A stretch of 24,718 bases of DNA, from positions 1 to 24,718 of the forward strand of contig JBILDU010000039.1 in NCBI GenBank assembly GCA_044352465.1, in the 5' to 3' direction. This DNA is from Bdellovibrionota bacterium (GTDB lineage: Bacteria; Bdellovibrionota_C; UBA2361). Positions 17,277 through 24,718 of the stretch are shown here, one piece after another. A program made the position numbers and the translations under genes. The notes under the pieces are model-generated. The model worked only from the letters and a program-made list of their open reading frames with translations, did no database searches and was not told where the DNA came from. The first letter of the stretch is position 1. Each line of letters opens with the position of its first letter.

Positions 17277-17483
17277 ATGCGAAAGCTTCTGATTGTTTGC
17301 GTTACGGCGTTTATCGCTCTCGGTTCTTTACCGGCTTCCGCGGCCGCTCAGTCGACCGCGCTCTGCGGGGTGCCGTACGCTACTGGTAAAGCGACGATTC
17401 GTACACTCCAAGGCTCGATGCCGCCTCGGAAAAACCACGCTGTTCGGCTAGCCGAACAGCCTCCACCTTGTACTCTCGAATGA
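17277..17483 (+). CDS. Small secreted protein or truncated N-terminus of an exported protein
   Basis: Clear Sec signal peptide 'MRKLLIVCVTAFIALGSLPASAAA' followed by only ~44 residues. Confidence 0.5.
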   Translation: MRKLLIVCVTAFIALGSLPASAAAQSTALCGVPYATGKATIRTLQGSMPPRKNHAVRLAEQPPPCTLE

Positions 17484-17710
17484 ACTTCCTGCGGTTATTC
17501 ATACCCTTCCTTTATCACATCTCTAAAAGGAAGGCTGACTCACTTAACTGTCTGTCTCTCAAGACGGGGGAGGTTCAGCCATCTGTTTCGCTTCAGCAGC
17601 AGCGCTGAGAAAACAAAATACTGCAGGTCCAAAAATAAATATTCGCATAAGGGCTAAAATCAGCCGCGCGCGGATCGCGTCGGCTGGATTTGTTTGTGTT
17701 TCCCGGGCGA

Positions 17711-18118
17711 TTAGAAAGAGACTCCTCGTTCTTTGAGCACACCTTCAATCGCTTCCTGCGCAACACCAGGTTCAATCTGATTCACGACATAAATCCCTCC
17801 GGGCAAATATGTTCTCTCACCGAAGAACTGTCCCGAATCGGCGAAATCTTTAGCCCGCTGCCGCGCATCGATGAGGTCAGAGTCAGACACGTTTAATTGT
17901 TTGATCTGTTCAGGAATATTCGAACGAGCCAGGTCTTGAAAAATGTGATGCGCATTGCGCATGACTTCCGCCATATCAGGGCTCATTGTGGATATCCTAT
18001 CCATCGGATTCGGCCCAATCTCTGTAGTTTTCCCCCGTTCCTCGCCGCAGCCTGGCAAGAGAGCTGAGCCAATCGTTAGTGCCACTGCCGCAACGCGCGC
18101 TTGAATACCTCTGTCCAT
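17711..18118 (-). CDS. Hypothetical lipoprotein
   Basis: GGAG RBS; signal peptide with lipobox 'LLPGC'. Confidence 0.75.
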   Translation of the reverse strand: MDRGIQARVAAVALTIGSALLPGCGEERGKTTEIGPNPMDRISTMSPDMAEVMRNAHHIFQDLARSNIPEQIKQLNVSDSDLIDARQRAKDFADSGQFFGERTYLPGGIYVVNQIEPGVAQEAIEGVLKERGVSF

Positions 18119-18192
18119 AGATTAATCTCCCCAAAAATTGGCACAATTGAAATCGTTATGGCCGATGATGCTAATTATGTGACGCGGGAGAA

Positions 18193-18566
18193 TGATGTTC
18201 CCCCCGTATCTTAGACACCTGCACGTCAATTTCGGTAAGGTGTTAGAGTGAGTAAAAGATATCCGCAGTCCGTGAAGGAGGAGGTTCTTGGGAAGATCCG
18301 GGGGGAACTGCCCTACCGGGGATTGCTGCGATAATGCTGTTGCGGAGAGCTTCTTCCACTCGTTCAAGGTTGAGGCTATTCACGGCGCAGATGTTGTCAC
18401 AGCCCAGGAGATGGAGTACGAAACGTTCGACTACATCGAGCGTTTCTATAACCCGGTGCGGCGGCATTCCCCTCTTAACTACTGCTCCCCAGAGCAGTTC
18501 GAGCGGGGATTTAAACTTACTCGAAAAGAGGTGGCTTAAGTCGTCAATTTTTTCGGGGGAAGATCA
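18193..18566 (+). mobile_element. Internally deleted IS3-family element (374 bp, both terminal inverted repeats retained)
   Basis: Left end TGATGTTCCCCCCGTATCTTAGACACC; right end (reverse complement) TGATCTTCCCCCGAAAAAATTGACGAC; TG...CA termini. Contains an OrfA-like start (GTG 18248, SKRYPQSVKEEVLGKIRG) joined to the OrfB C-terminus. Confidence 0.85.
18248..18539 (+). pseudogene. IS3 transposase remnant (OrfA 5' end plus OrfB integrase-core 3' end)
   Basis: 'GDCCDNAVAESFFHSFKVE...FDYIERFYNPVRRHSPLNYCSPEQFE' is the IS3 rve C-terminal signature; most of the gene, including the two catalytic Asp residues of the DDE triad, is missing. Confidence 0.88.
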
Positions 18567-19146
18567 CAACACGTTGCATCGACCACCCCATGTAGCCAAG
18601 TGCAGGATCTCCTGAGTGGTCAGCGGGGTAAGCTGACACGGCTAAGGGAGCTCGGGCAGAGCGTCATCGGAGCATCCCAGTTTAAACCCATTAAACGGCA
18701 TCCTCGAAGATCTCGGTGGACAATCGGGCGGTTATCACACGAGGGTCTTCAGTCGCCGATAGGTTTTCGAAGTTGCCACGCACCAGCCTTCAGGCACCAG
18801 CCTTCAGGCAGCTTTGGCCCTGATAGGTATAGGCGGTCAAATGTTCGAGTGCCGGAGACGGGTTCCACGCCCACCGAAGCGGGACACCCTAAGTGCCTTT
18901 GCTCGAAAACAGCAACAGATATGACGAATGACGATTAACCACTAACTCGCGACTGGAGCACAAGATAGAATATCAAATGCCCTCAGATTACGTTTGTCCG
19001 ATTATCAGAAAAGCGGGACAAATCCTCCACCGAGCGGCTTATCAGGTCGCTCATCAGTTCCCCGTCGAGCATCCTGATGAGAACGTAGCACCCCCCAAAT
19101 TTGACATAGGCGAGGAAACCACTTACCCCGGCGGCGCTCGCCCCAG

Positions 19147-20826
19147 CTAGGAATTTTGCGGGCTGCTGCCAGCACCCCCTAACATGGCTTTCACCCTGTC
19201 CGCGATCAAGCCTAAAGCACCTATCCCCATTCGCTGAAGCTCTCGATTTAAGGCATCCTGCGCACGAACGCCCCGGGCGACTTCTTCCATATCAGGACCG
19301 CTCGCCGGTTTCGAAGCGACGTTACCGTCCACACCGCGCATGAGGGCCTCACGTGTCAGCATTTCAAGCGCCTGCTTTGCTGACATCTTTTCACCTCGAA
19401 CGGTTACCGATGTCACATTCGAATTATTCAAACTTTCCTCGAAAGCCTCCATAATCTTCCCCCCGATAGTTTCAGCGCTGTCATTCTTTAGCTCCGCCCC
19501 TGGAGCAATCGGAGGCTTGCCCTCGAGACAGTTGATATAGATGCCCCGTACCGCCTCGCGCAACGTGGCAACCATATCGATCCCCGTGCGTTGGTCGTTG
19601 AGTATTTGAACATCCTGCATTAACGCCGCCACGCGCCACAAAGAATCGAGGGTAGCGGGAACTTTCTGCTGCCGACCTGGCTCGCCCCCACCGATCATAT
19701 CGCCATACATCTTGTGAAACCGGGCCATAACGACACCCAGAACTTCACCAAGGTCCCGCTCTTGGGAAAGGTCGATGACCGCATCTTTACCCTGCGGAAC
19801 CTTGTCGAACGAGAAGACCGCTTTAGCAGCTTTATGCAGCGACTCGTCAGAGAGCTTCTCGGGAAGATTTATCCAGATTAGACCCCGCGCTAACGCCTTA
19901 TCGACCGCAAAACGCTCCTGGAATCCTTTACCGGGCGGGTTGGTTGAAAATACAACAAAGAAACCTGGTCCAGCATCAATTTTACGGCCACCATCTTGCC
20001 AAACCTGAATTGAGTCGGCGATCCGCCCCTGCTCCCCGCGGATCCCCAAGAGCGCGTTGACGACAGCGGGTGCGGCCAAACCGACCTCTTGAACATGCAA
20101 CAGTACACCCGGGCCATCGGGGCGATACTGCAGAACACCCTCGGCGTCGTGACCGGCGGTCATGGCTTTCGGCAATACCCCCAACTGGAACTCAAACGCT
20201 TTAGCGTCGATCGAGAACCCGAGCTGTACTGCCGCGCGCTGATACAACTCTTCTATTTTATAATTCCCGGACGTTTCCTTTATTAGTTCCGCCTTTAAAG
20301 CGGCACCCGCCTCCGTGCTCAAAAACTGGGTAATTCGTTGCTGATCTTCAGGCTTAACCCCTGCGGGGACGTATTTGCCCATGAGCTCGGAAACGTCGGT
20401 CTGCCCATTACAATAAAAATCGGGAGTTACCGCCTTCTCCCCGTAAAGAAGTTTCGCGAAGAGATTCACGGCGAAGGTCTTGCCGATAGCGGTTCCCCCT
20501 TCCAACATAATCGGCATCCGCTGCTCATAGGCCTTCGCCAGCTCGAACAACATCGCACGAGTCTCATCCAACGCGATCGTTTTTGCCATTAACCGGTCAA
20601 ACCCCGACTGGTCCAATGTGGTGGGAACGGTAACGACTTGCTCGCCCTTCACAGCCGAGAATACGATGCTTTTATTCTGCCCGGGCCCGTCGATGAAACC
20701 GATACCGTGATCGTTCTGTACGACGTCATACTTCTCCCGCAATGCCTGAAGCCTTGCGAGCGGGCTACTTGCCGCCATATCAACCCCGACTCCTCCTATC
20801 CGGGCCGTGACTTCAGTCTTGCTCAT
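19147..20826 (-). CDS. MoxR/CobS/dynein-related AAA+ ATPase with atypical Walker B
   Basis: GAGGAG RBS; Walker A 'MLEGGTAIGKT', 'GQTDVSELMGKY', Walker B region 'LLHVQE', sensor-1 'VVFSTNPP', 'DKALARG'; long insert between Walker A and Walker B. Confidence 0.85.
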   Translation of the reverse strand: MSKTEVTARIGGVGVDMAASSPLARLQALREKYDVVQNDHGIGFIDGPGQNKSIVFSAVKGEQVVTVPTTLDQSGFDRLMAKTIALDETRAMLFELAKAYEQRMPIMLEGGTAIGKTFAVNLFAKLLYGEKAVTPDFYCNGQTDVSELMGKYVPAGVKPEDQQRITQFLSTEAGAALKAELIKETSGNYKIEELYQRAAVQLGFSIDAKAFEFQLGVLPKAMTAGHDAEGVLQYRPDGPGVLLHVQEVGLAAPAVVNALLGIRGEQGRIADSIQVWQDGGRKIDAGPGFFVVFSTNPPGKGFQERFAVDKALARGLIWINLPEKLSDESLHKAAKAVFSFDKVPQGKDAVIDLSQERDLGEVLGVVMARFHKMYGDMIGGGEPGRQQKVPATLDSLWRVAALMQDVQILNDQRTGIDMVATLREAVRGIYINCLEGKPPIAPGAELKNDSAETIGGKIMEAFEESLNNSNVTSVTVRGEKMSAKQALEMLTREALMRGVDGNVASKPASGPDMEEVARGVRAQDALNRELQRMGIGALGLIADRVKAMLGGAGSSPQNS

Positions 20827-20838
20827 ATCTCCTCTCCC

Positions 20839-21210
20839 TTACCTCGATACAAAGTCAAAATGCACTCCGTCCATTACGTCCCACTGCTCGCGCGTCAAGA
20901 CGTAGACGACCCCTCTCGAGCCGAAACTCTCAGCCAAACAGCTCGCGAAAATAGCGATATCTTCGCGGGGGATCTCCCGGATATCAAATACACATACGGG
21001 ACTCTCCCCTGCTGCCGAAAAAGCTGCGGTCAATTCACGCAGACTCGCCACGCAGAACGTCGGCAGCTGTTCACGAATCGCTTGCAGCGCAAACGTCGTC
21101 GCCCCTCGATCAAGCACAACCGCCATTCGCGACATCGAGCGAGCGGCTTCACTCTGAAGGACCGCGGCTACGTAGCCATCTCTTGCAACGCCCGATTGAT
21201 TTTCTCCCAT
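20839..21210 (-). CDS. Small alpha/beta hypothetical protein co-transcribed with the AAA+ ATPase
   Basis: AAGGAG RBS; stop lies 12 bp before the AAA start; alternating short hydrophobic strands (MAVVLD, VCVFD, VVYVLT) and helices. Confidence 0.7.
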   Translation of the reverse strand: MGENQSGVARDGYVAAVLQSEAARSMSRMAVVLDRGATTFALQAIREQLPTFCVASLRELTAAFSAAGESPVCVFDIREIPREDIAIFASCLAESFGSRGVVYVLTREQWDVMDGVHFDFVSR

Positions 21211-21543
21211 CTATCGCTCCTTAAAATCGCTTTTTCAATCGACGCAGACCCTTAAAAATCCCCGCCGACTCACAGCACACACGCCACGCTGCACCCACGT
21301 GCAGCATTCGTCCTCGTGCGCCTTTCAATACGTCTCCTCCCGATCCAGCGGTGAACGGCGCACGAGGTTGAGCTAGCTTTCCAACGGATAGCTTGTCCTA
21401 CGGAGGGCGCGCTCCAAGCCTTCGAAGAGCCTAAAAAGACCGTGCCTGCGCGTCGCTCCAGCCGCCTTCGCCTCGGCAGCTGCCCCGCCCTCCCTGGCCA
21501 GGCTCGTGATTCTTTCAGCCGTTGAACATCTATTTTTAAAGCA

Positions 21544-23553
21544 TCACACATACAATTCTCGACCGAGTACCTCCATCTCACGAGCAAAGACCGTGAAAAA
21601 ATCTTTGTCGCCAACTCCTTGCACCTCTAGGTCTCCAAATGTTCGTCCCGGCGTGTAGTAGCTATTCGTATCGGACGTACCCGCTCCGAGGCCGAAATGG
21701 ACGACCGGCACCCCGCTCTCAGCCAGGTTCTTTACCGTGTGGCGAAGGTCGTCCCCCTCACCGCTTTGACCGTCCGAGAGCATCACGACAGCGCTGCGAC
21801 GGTGATGCGATGCTTGGATTAACTCAATACAACGCTTAATCGCGGCAGCATCACAGGTACCGCCGCTTACGCTTAAGCCCGACATCAGTCGCTTCTGCAC
21901 GTCCTGGTCCCGGCTGTCGTCATCGAAACCGGCGAGAACGTCCTGCGTATCCGAAAAGCCAACGACCGCACATTTGACCCCGATCCGCTGGAATACCTCT
22001 TTCGTAAAAACAGCTGCCTTAATAGCCGCTATAATCTTCTCTCCCTCCATCGAGCCGGACCTGTCAACCAGCACGATCACACCGATATCGGGTCGGGTCG
22101 GGTCGATGCGCCGCTCGAACAACTCGTTAGCACCCTCACCCGTCGCCTGGAACCGCATCGCCGCATTCATCGTTATTCTGGTTCCACTCGGTTGCCCGCC
22201 CTGCCAACGAAAGTGGCTATTAGGGATAAAAACATCTCGCAGTTGCCCCTCGACTTCGTCGATCCGCGAAGCGACATCGTGGTAGTACTTTTCGTAAGGT
22301 GAGAGCACCCGCAGCACCGCCTCACGCAGCGCCTTTCCACCACTGGAGCAATCAGCACTGAACGCCGCAGCTACCTCTTGTGCGCGAGTAGCGTCGTTTT
22401 CCCGTTCGACGATCGCTTGGGTGCTCGGTGCCTCCCCCTGCTTGTCGCAAGCACTCCGCAATGCTTTCCGAATCGCATCATCGAAAGAGGCGATCATTTC
22501 GCGAGCCTTGCGCCGGTTTTCAGCATCCCCCGCGCACGATTGATCAGCTGCAGGCTTCGACTTGCCATTCTTAGTATCCCGCTCGCCTTGAGTCTGGTTC
22601 GCGGGCCCGTCGCTCGAGCCGTCCGCGCGGTTTTCAGATTTTCCCTGGCCTGAATTTGCGCGTTGGCTCTGCTGCGCTCCTTTGATGTCCTTTTCTATTT
22701 GTTTGAGGTCCTCCTCGAGCAGCTTCTGAAGGTGGGGGTATATCACCTGCTCAGCCCACAGGTGGCGCTTTCGGCCGAGTTCAAAAATCGCCTGCGGATC
22801 CGGTTTCTCGGCTCCGATGAAAGTTACGGCCGCCCTATAGTGGCCGAGCGTCGCTCGAAGGAACTCGTCAATAGCGGGGTCATTGACCGTTGGGCCTTCG
22901 TACGCGTCGCTCTGGTAAGTGTTGCTCTGCTTGCCGAACCCTAAACGGTGGCGCGACTCTGACCAGTCAGAAAGTAGAGCGGCGAGCGCACGCGCATATC
23001 GCGGAACAAATCCGATTCGGCGAGCTTGTTCAAGCACCTCAGGATGCGAGATAAAGCCCAGCTCCTTATGATCGCGCGGATATGCAAGGCGCACATGCGG
23101 CTCCAGGTCTGGATAAAGCCGCGCTATCAGATCATTGATCGCTGAATCTTCGAGAACATTTTTTAGTGGTAGCAGTCCTATTTGAGCGACCAGCTTCGCC
23201 GGATCGGCCCCAAGCTTGTGAAACGTCGGGGTGAAGCGGAGATGAGCCCCCTCGTGCGCCGCCACGAATTCACCGTTGTCCTTAACCTGCCCCTCGGCCA
23301 GAACAACCTTGCGTTGATCCAAATCCGCGTACGATCCCCCCGCATCGGGACCGATACTCACCTCGACACTCCAGTCGTCCGCCACCGCGCGCGTGATGTG
23401 CGTCAGTGCCGGCGCCGGCTTAACGGACTCCGGTCCCGCACCCTGACTACCATCGCTCACCGGGTCACGCCCGTTTAATTCTCTCATCTGCGACCTTTGC
23501 ACCGCATCTTTGACAGAAGAGGTTATGCAAAGCCGCGCATACCCCGGTAACAT
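21544..23553 (-). CDS. vWA-domain protein (CobT/NorD-like) with N-terminal HEXXH metallopeptidase-like domain; start uncertain
   Basis: N-terminal 'AAHEGAH...KNVLEDSAIN'; low-complexity Q/G/S linker; C-terminal MIDAS 'VLVDRSGSM', 'GGT', 'MLSDG', 'HFGLG'. Confidence 0.88.
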   Translation of the reverse strand: MLPGYARLCITSSVKDAVQRSQMRELNGRDPVSDGSQGAGPESVKPAPALTHITRAVADDWSVEVSIGPDAGGSYADLDQRKVVLAEGQVKDNGEFVAAHEGAHLRFTPTFHKLGADPAKLVAQIGLLPLKNVLEDSAINDLIARLYPDLEPHVRLAYPRDHKELGFISHPEVLEQARRIGFVPRYARALAALLSDWSESRHRLGFGKQSNTYQSDAYEGPTVNDPAIDEFLRATLGHYRAAVTFIGAEKPDPQAIFELGRKRHLWAEQVIYPHLQKLLEEDLKQIEKDIKGAQQSQRANSGQGKSENRADGSSDGPANQTQGERDTKNGKSKPAADQSCAGDAENRRKAREMIASFDDAIRKALRSACDKQGEAPSTQAIVERENDATRAQEVAAAFSADCSSGGKALREAVLRVLSPYEKYYHDVASRIDEVEGQLRDVFIPNSHFRWQGGQPSGTRITMNAAMRFQATGEGANELFERRIDPTRPDIGVIVLVDRSGSMEGEKIIAAIKAAVFTKEVFQRIGVKCAVVGFSDTQDVLAGFDDDSRDQDVQKRLMSGLSVSGGTCDAAAIKRCIELIQASHHRRSAVVMLSDGQSGEGDDLRHTVKNLAESGVPVVHFGLGAGTSDTNSYYTPGRTFGDLEVQGVGDKDFFTVFAREMEVLGRELYV

Positions 23554-24349
23554 TCGCCGAGGGTAGAGAATGCCTCATTAACTCCTTCACCCCGCCCGCC
23601 ACGATGCATCGGTGAGGCCCACATTCGGCCTCGGCGATGCTAAGAGCATGTGCCAGCGGGACAGGCGCTCGAACACCCACCAGCCATCTTGTGCGTTTAT
23701 TGTGGAGTCTTTTTACTTGCCAACGATCCAAGCGGGGGGCTGCGGCTGGCAGACACCCGCGGCCGGAACGGAGGACACACAGGCACCGCGCCTGAAATTC
23801 CGCGGGGAAATGGGCCAAATCCGTATGATAAGGAGGCCGAGCCCACGAAAGCCCGCACGAGGTTTTCGTCGGCACCTTCGTAGCCCGATCGCTGCCCCGC
23901 ATATGCTAGAGCACGGCACCGTATGGGCTCGTAGACGTGTCGAGACGCGGCCAATTGATACCGTCAGCAGTAAACCTGGCGAAGACGTCTTAAGCCGGTG
24001 CGGGCGGCCCTACCCAAAATATCAGCCCAAATCGGCATGGCCAGAGACGGCTCTTTACAGTTGTGCTTTTATCCGAAGAAAACCCCGCGCCGCCCGGCGA
24101 CATACCGCGCCGAAACACCGTACTGCTCCGCCCGAAGCCCCGAGCCCATGCCTCAAAAAACAGAAAATTCCCCAATCTGCATTACTGAGGCAAGAACCAC
24201 CGCTGATTACAATTGAAGAAATAACCGTTTCTCTCCAAGGCACCCATAACATCGGTACCCCAATTACCGGTCAATCGAGACGAGGGGAAGACCGTCCGGA
24301 CAACCGAACATCCTACGACTTCGGACTAGGGAGATAAGGCTCGAACAAA

Positions 24350-24718
24350 ATGACGCTAAAGAACCAGCCACAACAACCAACTGTTACTCATTCGCCCGTG
24401 GCCCCAAGCCCGTGGGAGAAACCGCTCGCGGACGCGGCGTTCCGCGCCATCAACGCCGTAGCCGGCGACGGCCAAATTAAGCGGCATGAGCACGAAAAGC
24501 TCGACCAGATAACGGCGATCCTAAGAAAGCTCAACGACGATATTAATCGAGCCAAGGAGTACGAGCGGTACGACCCCCGAAACCTCGCTTCGTTCATCCT
24601 TAAGAACAATTATCGAGAGCGGGAGCGGATAGCGGTTGGGAGTGAGGTCCAGTGTCTCCAAGCCCTCCCCGACGGCGCGATCGTGTCGGGAAGTTATGAC
24701 GCCACCATCCGCATCTGG
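24350..24718 (+). CDS. WD40-repeat protein, 5' part only, runs off the window end
   Basis: Not in the ORF track. Open from ATG 24350 to the window end: MTLKNQPQ...EVQCLQALPDGAIVSGSYDATIRIW, a canonical WD40 repeat. Confidence 0.85.
   Translation, partial: MTLKNQPQQPTVTHSPVAPSPWEKPLADAAFRAINAVAGDGQIKRHEHEKLDQITAILRKLNDDINRAKEYERYDPRNLASFILKNNYRERERIAVGSEVQCLQALPDGAIVSGSYDATIRIW

Noticed and set aside
17640..17670. dif-like site (ATTCGCATAA resembles a XerC arm)
   Set aside because: No XerD arm (TTATGTTAAAT-like) after the 6-bp spacer.
19147..23553. Assignment as cobS/cobT or norQ/norD
   Set aside because: The architecture is related, but there are no cob or nor neighbours and the motifs diverge, so gene symbols are not justified.
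23612..24337. 241-aa ORF on +
   Set aside because: Arg/Pro-rich, no RBS or motif recognised; probably spurious, though not excluded.

Overview
GC-rich bacterial chromosomal window with a housekeeping-like left end and an accessory or mosaic remainder. The left end is a tripartite RND efflux operon on the minus strand (MFP, HAE1 permease, and an OprM/NodT-type outer membrane factor cut by the window start), then a single-domain response regulator and a stand-alone STAND-like NTPase. Next come a divergent pair (RHH-tailed protein and tyrosine recombinase), a 154-bp tandem array of REP/REPIN-like hairpins, and a second, diverged copy of the recombinase's last ~26 codons including the catalytic Tyr. 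An RcnA-like Ni/Co exporter diverges from an HTH-WYL regulator. A run of orphan genes follows: an HEXXH zinc peptidase, a duplicated-domain protein, an SPFH-like membrane protein, a zf-TFIIB protein and small exported proteins. The right end holds a 374-bp internally deleted IS3, a HEXXH+vWA / small ORF / MoxR-like AAA+ module with an atypical Walker B and a highly structured intergenic spacer, and the start of a WD40 protein. No rRNA, tRNA or CRISPR array was recognised. All family calls are by-eye motif recognition; no database searches were run.
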